Below are positions 28,547 through 38,900 of a stretch of DNA of 64,000 nucleotides, piece after piece (position 1 is the first letter of the stretch; every line of letters begins with the position of its first letter). The stretch is taken from contig CAWFFU010000010.1 of the NCBI GenBank assembly GCA_963815215.1, positions 192,001 through 256,000 on the forward strand. Reading direction: 5' to 3'. Source of the stretch: an uncultured Trueperaceae bacterium (GTDB lineage: Bacteria > Deinococcota > Deinococci > Deinococcales > Trueperaceae). The translations under genes and the position numbers were made by a program. The notes beneath the pieces are model-generated. The model ran no database searches and was not told the origin of the DNA. It saw only the letters and a program-made list of their open reading frames with translations.

Positions 28547-29278
28547 GTGAGCGATCGCCCGAAGCGGAAGCGGCCCCGGCGGCCAGGGTGGACCCTGCTC
28601 GGCGGGTGCCTGCTCGGTCTGGTCGTGATGGTGTCGGGTTGCGGACCGCGGTTGCCGGGCGGCTCGACCGCGACGTCACGCACGTCGGTCGCCTCGAGGC
28701 CGACGTCGATCGGCAGCAACTCGCCGGTGGGGTCCGGCGCGTCGGATGGCGTGGTGGCCGTGGCGGGCGCGCCGCCGCCGTGGCCCTGCAGCGGCTGGGC
28801 GAATGCCGGCGTCACCGCGTACGACCGGGCATCGACGGCGGCTCGGGTGTTCGGAACGTTGCAACCGGGCGAGCCTGTGGCGGTGGTGGCCCGTGACGTG
28901 AAGGGTTGGCTGGCCTTCTCGCCGGGCACCGCGCAGGCAGCCAACGTCGGCCCGTTCCGCCTGCGCTGGCTGCCCCCGGGCGCCCCCGTCCGGCTCCAAG
29001 GATCGTGCACGGATCTGCCCGTCCGGGTCTCACCGCCGCCTGGCGTGTGCTTCGAGATGGCGATGGGCGCGACGCCGATCCTCACGGCTCCCGATGCGAG
29101 CGCGTCGACGCTGGTCGTCCTCGCGGCCGACGGCTACGTGGCGGTGACCGGGAGCGGTCCGTCCGGCTGGCTGCGCGTCGATGCCGGTAGCGGCAGCGTG
29201 CCGGCCTCGGGCACGGGCTGGATCGCACCCGAGGCGGTGAACGTCAACGGACCGTGTGACCCCTTCCTGATGCGGTGA
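28547..29278 (+). CDS. Putative lipoprotein with two SH3-like domains
   Basis: Basic N-terminus, hydrophobic stretch and VSGC lipobox; GW..(V/L) SH3b-like patterns; paired Cys. Confidence 0.6.
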   Translation: MSDRPKRKRPRRPGWTLLGGCLLGLVVMVSGCGPRLPGGSTATSRTSVASRPTSIGSNSPVGSGASDGVVAVAGAPPPWPCSGWANAGVTAYDRASTAARVFGTLQPGEPVAVVARDVKGWLAFSPGTAQAANVGPFRLRWLPPGAPVRLQGSCTDLPVRVSPPPGVCFEMAMGATPILTAPDASASTLVVLAADGYVAVTGSGPSGWLRVDAGSGSVPASGTGWIAPEAVNVNGPCDPFLMR

Positions 29279-29306
29279 GGGGCTCCGTGAGCTGCGCGGC
29301 CGCGGC

Positions 29307-31835
29307 TCAGGCGCGGCCCGGCGCCCGCACCACGTCGTTGGCGCAGGTCAGGACGGGCGCGCACGTCAGCCGCTCGGCGTCGAGGTCCGCGGGGCAGCGA
29401 ACGGTGAACGTGTGGCTCTCGCCGGGTAGCAAGGTCACCAGCGCGTCGTCGACGGTGGCGTCGGGGTGCAGCCGATCCGGGAGCACGGTGAGATCGCGCA
29501 CGAGCGAGTCGGCGTCGACGCGCAGCCGCAGGCCGCCTGTGAATCGCTCGACCTCCGTGTGCAGGCGGGCGGCCGGGTAGCGCAGATCCTTGTCGCGTGC
29601 GAAGAAGTGCAACGCCCGCAGCCCGCCGGCTTCGGCCACGAGCAGCTCCGCGGCCGCGTCGCCGGGCGTGGCGAGCGCGTCCGGGAGCAGCGCCGCGACC
29701 GCGGGGCCGCGCGCTGTGGTCCGCAGCGCAAGCCTCGCCGACGCCAGCTCGCCACCGTCGAAGCGTAGCCGCCGGACCCGCACCTCTCCCTCCCATGGCA
29801 TGTCGCTGTCGTTATGGAGGGACAGCATGAGTCCCTCGGGCCCCGGTTCGAACGTCAGCAGACGTGGTGCGAAGACACGCCGCAGCGCGAACCACGAAGG
29901 CTTGAGGCGCCCGTCGACGTCGACCGCGGCCCAGCTCGTCGACGGCCAGCAGTCGTTGAGTTGCCACACCAGCGCCCCCATGCAGTGGGGGGCCAACGTA
30001 CGGAAGTGGCGGATGCCGAGGTCGAGCGCCCGTGCCTGGTTGAGCTGCGTAGCGAAGTGCCAGGCGTCGAAGTCGCGCGGGATCGGGAAGTGCTCGGCCA
30101 GGCGGGCCTCGAGCTTGTCGTTGCCGCCGATGGCCTTCTGGTGATGGAGCATGGCGGGGCCGGCGGGCGTCAGCGGCCGGTCGGAGATCGCCCGCCGCAA
30201 GGTGGCGTAGGTCGGCGGCGCCTGGTGCCCGAACTCGGCCACGAAGCGCGGCCGGTACGACCGGTAGACGGTGTAGTCCTTCTCGTTCCAGGCATCCCAG
30301 ATGTGCTTGCAGCCGGCGCCGTCGGCGTTCGGATGGAGGTCCTCGCGCCCCGACCATGGGCTGCCGGGCCAGTAGGGGCGGGTGGGGTCGAGCTCCGCCA
30401 CGAGGCGAGGCAGGGTGTCGAGGTAGAAGCCGCGGCCCCAGCTGAGATCGCCCAGCGCCGCCTGCCAGTTCCAGTCCTCGTGCCCCCACAGGTTCTCGTT
30501 GTTGCCGTTCCATAGCACCAGGCTGGGGTGGGCCGCGAGACGCACGATGTTGGCGCGGGCCTCGTCCGCCACCTCGGAGGCGAATGGCTCCTCCTCCGGG
30601 TAGGCCGCACAGGCGAAGGCGAAGTCCTGCCACACCATCAGGCCGAGCTCGTCGCACACGTCATAGAAGGTGTCGCTCTCGTAGAGGCCGCCCCCCCAGA
30701 CGCGCAGCAGGTTCATGTTGGCGTCGACGGCCTGTTGCAGGCGAGTGCGCAGGCGCTTCTCGGTGAGCCGCGACGGGAAGGGATCGTCGGGGATCCAGTC
30801 GGCACCCTTGGCGAAGACCTCCCGCTCGTTGACGACCAGCGTGAACGCCGCGCCCGCCTCGTCGGGGTGGGTGTCGAGCGTGACGCTCCGGAAGCCGATG
30901 CGCAGCCGGCGCTCCTCGAGGACCGGGCCGTCCTGCCCCTGCAGCGTCACCCGGAGGTCGTACAGCGGGTGATCCCCGTAGCCGCGGGGCCACCAGCGGC
31001 GCACCGAGCGGGCGTCGAGGCGCAGTGTGGCGTCGGTGTCGTCCGGGCCGAGGGCCAGCGTGGCCCTGGCGTCACCTCCCTCGCCCTCCGGACGCGCGAG
31101 TCGCAGGGTCAGCAGCAGCGGTTGCGGCCGCCCGGTGCGCGCCAGCTCGACCCGCAACTCGACGCTTCCGTCGACGGGCGCCGCGGGATCGACCGGCGGC
31201 GCGTCGGCGGCATCGGTGACACGCGCGAGCGCGCGGAGCTCGCGGATGCGCGCGCCCGACCAGCCCTCGAGCCGGATCGGCTTCCAGATCCCGGCCGTGA
31301 CCAGCGTCGGACCCCAATCCCAGCCGAAGTTGCACGCCATCTTGCGGATGAAGTTGAACGGCAACGGGTAGGCGCGGGGCCGCTCGCCCAGCCGCTCGGC
31401 CTGCGATCGCGCGTAGGCGAGCGCCGAGGTGAAGGTCACGCTCACCTCGTTGTCGCCCGGTCGCAGCGCGGCCGCGACGTCGAAACGGTGGGGCCGGTGC
31501 ATGTTCTGGGCACGCCCCACCGACCGGCCGTTGACCTCCACCGTCGCCACCGTGTCGAGCCCTTCGCAGTGCAGCTCCACGCGCTCGTGCGCCAGGAGCT
31601 CGGGCGGCGCGGTGAAGCGGCAGCGGTAGCGCCAGTCGCCTTCGCCGATCCACTGCACGAGGTCCTCGTTGCGTTCGACCAGGGGGTCCGGGATGACGCC
31701 TTGCGCCAGCAGATCGGTATGCACGCAGCCGGGCACGCTGGCGGGTAGCACGCGTCCCGCCAGCTCCGTGGGGGTGCCGTCACCGGCGCGCACCAGCTCC
31801 AGCGTCCAGCCGGAGGAGAGGGTCAGGGTCGTCAC
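29307..31835 (-). CDS. GH2 beta-mannosidase
   Basis: FGWDWGP, KGADWIP, RVWGGG, WQDFAFAC, WNGNNE, AEFG and WQLNDCWP motifs; GTG start at 31835. Confidence 0.92.
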   Translation of the reverse strand: MTTLTLSSGWTLELVRAGDGTPTELAGRVLPASVPGCVHTDLLAQGVIPDPLVERNEDLVQWIGEGDWRYRCRFTAPPELLAHERVELHCEGLDTVATVEVNGRSVGRAQNMHRPHRFDVAAALRPGDNEVSVTFTSALAYARSQAERLGERPRAYPLPFNFIRKMACNFGWDWGPTLVTAGIWKPIRLEGWSGARIRELRALARVTDAADAPPVDPAAPVDGSVELRVELARTGRPQPLLLTLRLARPEGEGGDARATLALGPDDTDATLRLDARSVRRWWPRGYGDHPLYDLRVTLQGQDGPVLEERRLRIGFRSVTLDTHPDEAGAAFTLVVNEREVFAKGADWIPDDPFPSRLTEKRLRTRLQQAVDANMNLLRVWGGGLYESDTFYDVCDELGLMVWQDFAFACAAYPEEEPFASEVADEARANIVRLAAHPSLVLWNGNNENLWGHEDWNWQAALGDLSWGRGFYLDTLPRLVAELDPTRPYWPGSPWSGREDLHPNADGAGCKHIWDAWNEKDYTVYRSYRPRFVAEFGHQAPPTYATLRRAISDRPLTPAGPAMLHHQKAIGGNDKLEARLAEHFPIPRDFDAWHFATQLNQARALDLGIRHFRTLAPHCMGALVWQLNDCWPSTSWAAVDVDGRLKPSWFALRRVFAPRLLTFEPGPEGLMLSLHNDSDMPWEGEVRVRRLRFDGGELASARLALRTTARGPAVAALLPDALATPGDAAAELLVAEAGGLRALHFFARDKDLRYPAARLHTEVERFTGGLRLRVDADSLVRDLTVLPDRLHPDATVDDALVTLLPGESHTFTVRCPADLDAERLTCAPVLTCANDVVRAPGRA

Positions 31836-32051
31836 GTGGGGGCCCCCTTCACCGCCGCCATGCCGCCGACGGCGGTTGCCGCCAGCATCTACCACGCACG
31901 CCCCGGGGGTCAACGGACGTTTGCCCGGTGCAGGCGCGCCCAGCCGCGAGTCCCTGCGCGCATCGGGTGGCGCCGCCGCTCGGTCGTCCCTCGTAGCATG
32001 AGAGCAGCCCGGTTCCCGCCCGCTCGGCGTGCTCCCGGCGTTGGAGGAGCG

Positions 32052-32477
32052 ATGCCCGGCCGTGGCCGTACTGAACCTCACGCCCCGCAACAGGCGGCGC
32101 CCTCTCCACGGGGAGGCTCCCCGCAGAGGGAGCGCGCCGCCTTGGCCGTGAAGATGGTGCACAGCGCGCTGGTGTTCGTCATGGCGGCCGCCGCCATCAC
32201 CGTGCTGGTCGACGGTCTCACCGGTCGGCGCGATACGTGGCTGGTGATGGCGCTGGCGGTCATCGGGGTCGAAGGGCTGATCTACGCCGGCAGCGGTCTG
32301 CGCTGCCCGCTCACCCTGCTGGCCCGCAGGCTCGGCGACGCCACGGGTCACGATTGGCTGTTCGAGCGGCTCTTGCCGGAGGCCTACGTGCTCCGAGTAG
32401 CGCCGTTCTTCGCATGGGTGACGCTTCTCGGGCTGCTCGCCATGGGGTTCCGATGGCTCCTGCGGCTGCCGGCGTGA
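32052..32477 (+). CDS. Small membrane protein (DUF2784-like, CPLT motif)
   Basis: KMVH, RCPLT and 3 TM segments; GGAGGAG before ATG 32052. Confidence 0.65.
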   Translation: MPGRGRTEPHAPQQAAPSPRGGSPQRERAALAVKMVHSALVFVMAAAAITVLVDGLTGRRDTWLVMALAVIGVEGLIYAGSGLRCPLTLLARRLGDATGHDWLFERLLPEAYVLRVAPFFAWVTLLGLLAMGFRWLLRLPA

Positions 32478-32519
32478 CGACCGGCCGCGGCCGGGCCCGT
32501 TCGGCCGGGGCCTGCGAAG

Positions 32520-32557
32520 GTTTCATGGTCGGAAAGCATGTTTATTGAAGAGAAACA
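32520..32557. promoter_or_regulatory. AT-rich paired palindromes (TTTC-N7-GAAA; TGTTT-N9-AAACA), candidate IclR operators
   Basis: AT-rich patch in a very GC-rich background immediately upstream of the iclR -10 (TAGACT). Confidence 0.45.
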
Positions 32558-32578
32558 AGCGATGACGTAGACTGTGGC

Positions 32579-33499
32579 ATGCGGACGCTCCCAGACGACG
32601 ATACTGGCGGGGTCGCCGGTTCCGACCCGGACCGCGAGGGTGGTGCCGATCGACAGGCCTCGGGGGATGGCGCCGCCGGCCGCTACCGCATCCAGGCGCT
32701 GGACCGCGCTCTCGGCATCCTGGCCCTGGTCGGACGGCGGCCGGACCTGGGGTTGCAGGCGCTGGCCGAGCGCTCGGGTACCAGCGTCAGCCAGGTGCTG
32801 AAGATCCTGGCCACCCTCGAAGGGCACGGCCTGGTGGCCAAGGGCGCGGACAAGACCTACCGGTTGGGGTACGGAGCGATGCGACTGGGCCACCTGGCGG
32901 CGCGACTGCAACCGGTGGTCGGGGTTGCGGCGCTGGTGCTCGACGAGCTGCGCGAGGAGACCGGTGAGAGCATCCACCTGGTGGTGCGCGACGGGCTCGA
33001 CGCGGTGATCGCCGACGTGCGCGAGTCCTCGAAGACGGTGCGTGTGGTGTCGCCGGTGGGGGAGCGAACCCGCCTGAATGCCGGCAGCGCCGGCAAGCTC
33101 TTCCTGGCCCACGGCTCGCGCGAGCTGATGGCTTGGCTGGTGAGCGAGCCGATGCCCGCCTACACCGAGCTCAGCGAGACCGATCCCGAGTTGCTCCGCA
33201 TCGACGTCGATCGCGCGAGGCGGCAGGGCGTGTGCGTAGCGATCGGCGACTTCGAGGACGGCGCGTTCTCGGTAGCGGCGCCGGTGTTCGAGGAACCCGG
33301 CCGCATGGTGGCCGCGATCGCGCTGGCCGGACCGCTCAGCCGCTTCGACAGTGGCATCGAACGACGCTACCGCGCGGCCGTCAAGCGTGCGGCCTCGACC
33401 GTGGGGGCGCGCCTGGGCGCGCCGGCGGCCGACACTGCGGCCGCCGAGGCCGCCGAGGCCGCCGGCGTCGCCCCCGTCCCGACCGCTAGCTCGACCTAG
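32579..33499 (+). CDS. IclR family regulator
   Basis: IQALDRALGIL HTH; TGESIHL, AGSAGKLFLA and SVAAPV effector-domain motifs. Confidence 0.92.
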   Translation: MRTLPDDDTGGVAGSDPDREGGADRQASGDGAAGRYRIQALDRALGILALVGRRPDLGLQALAERSGTSVSQVLKILATLEGHGLVAKGADKTYRLGYGAMRLGHLAARLQPVVGVAALVLDELREETGESIHLVVRDGLDAVIADVRESSKTVRVVSPVGERTRLNAGSAGKLFLAHGSRELMAWLVSEPMPAYTELSETDPELLRIDVDRARRQGVCVAIGDFEDGAFSVAAPVFEEPGRMVAAIALAGPLSRFDSGIERRYRAAVKRAASTVGARLGAPAADTAAAEAAEAAGVAPVPTASST

Positions 33500-33531
33500 C
33501 CGTGCGCGCGCCGCAGCGCGCGCACGCTCCG

Positions 33532-34212
33532 CTAGCGCAACGTGCTTGGCAGGTAGACCATGTCCACGGGGATGAGCACACCGTTGCCGAGCACCACCGA
33601 CTGCCCGACCAGGTAGGGCTCCCAGGCGGGTTGCATGGTGGTCGGGCCGACCCTGACCTTGACGCGGCCCGGTCCCGTCGTGAAGCGCCCGAACGTGAGC
33701 TCGAGCTCCGTTCCGGCGAGGGTGGGAAGGCTCAGGCGACCGGTCGCCGGGACGGAGCGAGCCTGCAGGTCCGCGCTGGTGTAGCGCCCCTCCACCATCA
33801 CGTTGTGGAGGAGCTCGGTCAGCTTGGCGGGCTGGGTCATGAGCACCCGGAACGCCGTGCTGCCCATCAATTTGGCGAGCTCGGCGAAGCCGGCGTCGTT
33901 GGGCGCGAACAGCGTGACCGGGCCGCCTTCCCGGAGGGACTTGTCGATTCCGGTGGCGAGCAGAGCGACCTTGAGGCAGTTGTAGCTCTCGGTGCGCTGG
34001 GCGCTGCTGTGGTAGCAGGTCGGGTTCAGCGTGCGTGCCGAGTGATCGACGATGTACTGCCACAGGGTGCCGGTGGTGGTGGTGAACTCCGACGGCAGGA
34101 TGGTGCTGGCTGCCAGGGCGGCGCCGCCGCTCACGAGCACGAGCGCGGTGACGAGGCGGGCCATGCCTTGGCGCCAGGACGCGGCGCGCGTACGGTGGGG
34201 GACATGGTTCAT
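33532..34212 (-). CDS. Secreted fasciclin (FAS1) domain protein
   Basis: Signal peptide; GPVTLFAPNDAGF (H1) and NGVLIPVDMV (H2-like) motifs. Confidence 0.8.
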   Translation of the reverse strand: MNHVPHRTRAASWRQGMARLVTALVLVSGGAALAASTILPSEFTTTTGTLWQYIVDHSARTLNPTCYHSSAQRTESYNCLKVALLATGIDKSLREGGPVTLFAPNDAGFAELAKLMGSTAFRVLMTQPAKLTELLHNVMVEGRYTSADLQARSVPATGRLSLPTLAGTELELTFGRFTTGPGRVKVRVGPTTMQPAWEPYLVGQSVVLGNGVLIPVDMVYLPSTLR

Positions 34213-34800
34213 GCGGTCAACCTCTCCTGGATGAAGCGTCGCCCAAGCGCGGGCGCGAAGGTTACGTCGAGTCGATGGGGTGCTCGGGCGGGGAGAGCCC
34301 GGCAGGAGCGAACGCGTGCAGTCTTGCCCAGACTCTACGAACAACAGATGAGTCCAGCCTAAACCTTCCGTGCCGGAGCCTTCACGACCCGGCGCCGTGC
34401 GCCTGCCCGGCACGGATAGGCCCGTGGCCGGGGGCCACGGGCCGGGACAGGGGGACGGCCTCGACGGCGCGGATCGGAGGGCGCCGAAGGCCTCTTCGAA
34501 CGCGGGAGCTCGGGGCGCCGCCGCTCGAGAGGGATGCCGGGGAACGGCGTCGGCGCCGCGGGGAATCGCGGCGCACCCTCGTTGCGGCGCAGGTGCGGCC
34601 CGAGGCCGCGACCCCGGCAGGATAGGGCGACGCCATGAGAGGCGTCTCCCGAGCGGCATGAGAAGTGCGCGGTTCCACGGGAGCCCCGGCAGGGTGAGAA
34701 TTCCTCTGCGCGGCAACGGGCGACCTGCTACCGTTGGGGTGCGGACAAGGCTCGTGGCGCGCCACCACGGTGGCGCCGTTCGAGGGATGCGGGAGGTCCC

Positions 34801-35991
34801 GTGCGCCTGCTCCATCTCGCCGACCTGCACCTAGGCTGGCGGCCGTCCGGTTGGCCCGCAGAGCGGGCGGCCGAGCGTCGTCGGCGCAGGGACGGTGTGC
34901 TCGAACGTGCTGTGGATGTGGCGTTGGCCGAGGGCGCGCACCTCGTCATCGTGGCCGGTGACCTGTTCGACACCTTCGACCCCGACCCTGACTGCGTCGA
35001 GGCGGCGCTGGGACAGTTGCGCCGGCTCGAGGACCACGGCGTGCTCGTGGTCACCGTGCCGGGCAACCACGACGAGATCACCTACGGCGCCAGCGTCTAC
35101 CGGCGCCAACGCGACGGCTGGCCGGGGCTGCTGGTCGCGGAGCCCGCGCCCGCCCATCTCGCTACGGTGGAGCTGGCGGGCGAGACCGTGCACCTGTACG
35201 GCATGGCGTACAGCGGCGGGGCCGCGGTCGGGGGTCCGCCGGTCCGCGACTTCCCGCGGCTCGAGCAACCGGGCGTGCACATCGCAGCGTTCCACGGCGC
35301 GCTCGGCGTTGCCGGCGGCGGGGTCCGCACGCTCTCGCTCGACGAGGAGGGCCTCGCCGCCGCGCGCTACCACTACGTAGCCATGGGCTCGCTCCACGAC
35401 CCGCTGCAACACCGCTTCCCGGCCGGGCCCGCCGTCTACCCGGGATCGCCCGAGGCCATGGGCTTCGGCGACGGGGGGTGCGGGGCCGTCACGCTGGCGG
35501 GATGGACCGGCGAGGGTATGCAGGTACAGGGCGTGGCCGTGCCGGTGCAGCCGGTCCGGGACGCCCGGCTCGACCTCACCCCGGTCGACGACATCGCCGA
35601 GGTGGATGCCTTCATCGCCGAGCGGGCCGACCCCGACGCGGTGCAGCGGGTGCGCCTCGGGGGCACGCTGTGGCTGCCGGACCTCGACGCCGCCGCGCTC
35701 GAGGAGCGCCATGCCGAGGACTTCTTCCACCTCGAAGTGCGCGACGAGGTCGACGGTCTGGCGCCTGAGCTACTGCAGCGCTGGGCACAGGAGGCCAGCG
35801 TGCGCGGCGCCTTCGTGGCGCGCATGCTCGAGCGCACGGAGGCAGCCGGTGAGGGCGGACGCGAGCGCCTGGCTCGCAGCGTGCGCTGGGGGATCGCCGC
35901 TCTGGGCGACGGGCCCCCGCCCGGCGGGGAGCGCAGGCCGCCGGCGCCCGAGCGTTCGCTCGACGGCGGTTCCGCGGGAGGACCGGTGTGA
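34801..35991 (+). CDS. SbcD/Mre11-like DNA repair metallophosphoesterase (YhaO-like)
   Basis: LHLADLHLG, AGDLFD, PGNHD, AFHG and YPGSPE motifs; motif V reads GSLH. Confidence 0.85.
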   Translation: MRLLHLADLHLGWRPSGWPAERAAERRRRRDGVLERAVDVALAEGAHLVIVAGDLFDTFDPDPDCVEAALGQLRRLEDHGVLVVTVPGNHDEITYGASVYRRQRDGWPGLLVAEPAPAHLATVELAGETVHLYGMAYSGGAAVGGPPVRDFPRLEQPGVHIAAFHGALGVAGGGVRTLSLDEEGLAAARYHYVAMGSLHDPLQHRFPAGPAVYPGSPEAMGFGDGGCGAVTLAGWTGEGMQVQGVAVPVQPVRDARLDLTPVDDIAEVDAFIAERADPDAVQRVRLGGTLWLPDLDAAALEERHAEDFFHLEVRDEVDGLAPELLQRWAQEASVRGAFVARMLERTEAAGEGGRERLARSVRWGIAALGDGPPPGGERRPPAPERSLDGGSAGGPV

Positions 35992-38900
35992 GCCGGCGCG
36001 GCCGTTCCCGTGCGGGCTCGGGCCGCACCGACCCGACCCGGCCCGGGCGGCACGCGGTCGGGGTGCTGTGGGAGCGCCTCGAGCTCCCCGCGACCTGGAC
36101 GCTGGAGGCACGGTCGCTGCGCTTCCCCGAAGGGCTGGCCACACTGGTGCGTCCCAACGAGTGGGGCAAGTCCAGCGTGGTGCGCGGCCTGACCGACGTG
36201 CTGTTCGGACCTGTCGCCGATGAGGCGGATCGGTCCGGCGGCAGCGGACGGCTCACCTTCGTGGGCGTCGACGGGGTCCGCTACCGCTTGGAGCGCGATC
36301 TGGCGGGGGGTGCTGCCGAGCTGCTGAGCGAATCCGGCGAAGTGGACGGCACCGCGGCGGAGGCCGGCCCGGAAGAGGAACCGGAGGCGACCTCCTGGCA
36401 ACCGGTCGACGGCGCCGAGGGGGAGGGACTCCGGGAGACGCTGGCGCGCGTGCTCGGGCTGCCGGAGCGCGATGCCTTCGTCCAGAGCTTCTGCGTGACC
36501 CAGCCGCTGCCCCGTCCCGAGCGCCTCAGCGCCGAGGTGCAGCGGCTGTTGGTCGGCTCGGGGAGAGGCAGCGTCGAACGCGCGTTGTCCCGGCTGGAGG
36601 AGGAGGTCGCCGCCCGGACCAGCAACGCCCGTTCCTGGGGCCTGACCGACGGTATCGAGGACGGTATCGAGGACGGTGAGCTGGAGCGCTGTGACGCCCG
36701 CCTGGCCGCCGTCGAGCGCAGCATCGAGGACGGCCGAGAGGCGGTCGACGGAGCTCAGGAGACGGCGCGCGCGCTGGCCGATGCCGAGGCCCGGCGCGGC
36801 CTGCATCAGGAGGAGGCAGTGCGCCTGGAAGGCGAGGTCGAGCGACTGCGGAGCTACCTGGTGCGGCGGCGCGCTCACGATGAGCGCGCCGAGGCGGGCC
36901 GCGCCGCGGCGCAGACGCTGGCCCGGGCGGAGGCCCTGCAGGCCGACGCGAGCCGCGCTCACGCGCGCGTGAGCGCGGTGTGGCCGGAGCTGGCCGACGC
37001 TCCGGACGACGGCGAGGCCCGGCTGGCGGCGCTCATGGTCGCCGAACGGACCTACCTCGAGGCCAGGGCGGCGTCGCAGAACGCCGAGCGGACGCGCGAG
37101 TCGGTGCAGCGCGCCGCCGCCGAGCGCTCTCGCGAGCTCGAGCGGCACGTCGCTCGCGCGCCCTTCCATGACGACGACGAGGGACTCACGATCGCGGCCG
37201 TGCGGGAGCTGCGCGCCGCCGCCGAGCAGGCGGTCACCGACTGGCGCGCCTTCCTGCGGCGTGAGACGGGGGTTTCGGAGGCGCGCTCCGGCCTGCGCCC
37301 CTACGCCCTGCTGGCGCTGGCGCCCGAGCAAGACCGGGCGTTGCTGCGGCGCTACGACTACGAGGCGGAGGCGCGTGTCCGCGCCGTGGAGGGGCTGGAG
37401 GTCGCCGTGCGCGAGGCACGGGCGGAGCGTCGCCGGCTGCTCGTCCCCGACCCGGAGCTGCCCAACGAACTGGAGGCCGACGCCCTGCGCAGCGCGCTGG
37501 CGTCGCGGTCCCGCCGCGGGCGCGCGGTCCTGGCGCAGCTGGGCTCCGCGTCGCTGCTGGGGTTGGCGGTCTACTGGGTGGCCAGCCAGGGCCTGACGGA
37601 CGGGCTCTCCGGCGGCCTCGCGTTGCTGGTGGCCGTCGGCGTCGGCGTACTTCTGCGGCCGCCCGGCATCGCGGGCTCGAGCGGCCGACGCTTCCGGGGT
37701 CGCAACCGGGCCGAGCTCGAGTTGTTGCTGTCGCGCTACGACGCCTGGCAGAAGCAGCCTGCGCCCACGCGGCGCGACGTGCTACGGCTGGAGAACGAGA
37801 TGGAGGCGGCAAGGGACCAGCTCCGTGCCTTCCAGCGCCGGATGCAGCCCTACCAGGAGGCGTACCCCGAGCCGGGGTCGGCCTTCGACGCCTTCCGGGA
37901 CGCCCAACGCACGCTGCTTCAGCGCGAGGAGGTGCACCGTGAACTCGGCATCCGAACCTTCGGGGTGGCGCCCGAAGCGGTGAAAGCGCGCTCGCCGCTG
38001 GAGATGCCCGCGCCCTGGCCGCGGCTGGCGGCGTTCGCCGCGGCGCGCGGCGGGCGCGCGCAGAGCGTGGCCGAGTTGTGTGGCTTCCTGGAGGACGCCG
38101 CCGGCGCGTCCTGGGATGACGTGCTGCAGGCGGCCGAGGGACGCGACCGGGCGCGGCGCGCCTTCCGGGCCGAACGCGAGCGGCTGCGGCACGACGTGGC
38201 GGTGGCCGAGACGGTGCTGGAGGAGCGAGAGGCGACCGCGACCCGGCTCCGGGTCGAGCTCCAGGCGGCTGAGGCGTCCCGTGAGGAGCACATGGCTCCG
38301 ATGGCGATGCTGTTGGACCGCACTGGCGGCGACGCCGACGAGCTGCTGCGCCGCTGGCGCGAGCGTGATCAGGCGGTCCAGGAAGCCGAGAGGTCCTTCG
38401 ACGCGCTGGCGTCGTTGCTCGATGCCGCTGACTGCGAGTCGCTCGAGGCCCTGAAGGAGCGCGTGGCGCACCGTGAGGCCGAGGCGGCGGAGGAGTGGCG
38501 GGCGCTCCAGGCGCTGGTCGCCGGTGAGCCCGCGCTGCCGGCGGCGGGCGAGCCGATCGACCGCTCGCACCTGCTCGACCGGCTCGAGGCGCTCGAGGAC
38601 AGGGTGGGCTTCGAACGCTCCGCGCGGCAGGCGGTGGAGGCCGAGGTGTACGAGCGCACGCGCGAGCTGGCTGCGCTGCAGGCGAAGCCGGTGGTCAACC
38701 TGGCGAAGGCGTGGGCCGAGCGTGCGGCGCTGTCGAGGACGCGTCGGGCGCTGGCAGCCGAGATCGAGGCGCTCGTCACCGCGCACACCGAGTTGCGGGC
38801 CTCGGTTCGCGATTTCCAGGGAAGCTACCGGGAGCGCCTGGAGCGCCTGGCGTCGCGACATCTCGCGGCCCTGACCGAGCAAGAGGGTCGTGGCGTGCGC

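Noticed and set aside
34600..34800. Deinococcal radiation/desiccation response motif before the sbcD-like gene (also checked before ada)
   Set aside because: No convincing 17-bp AT-rich palindrome found by eye.
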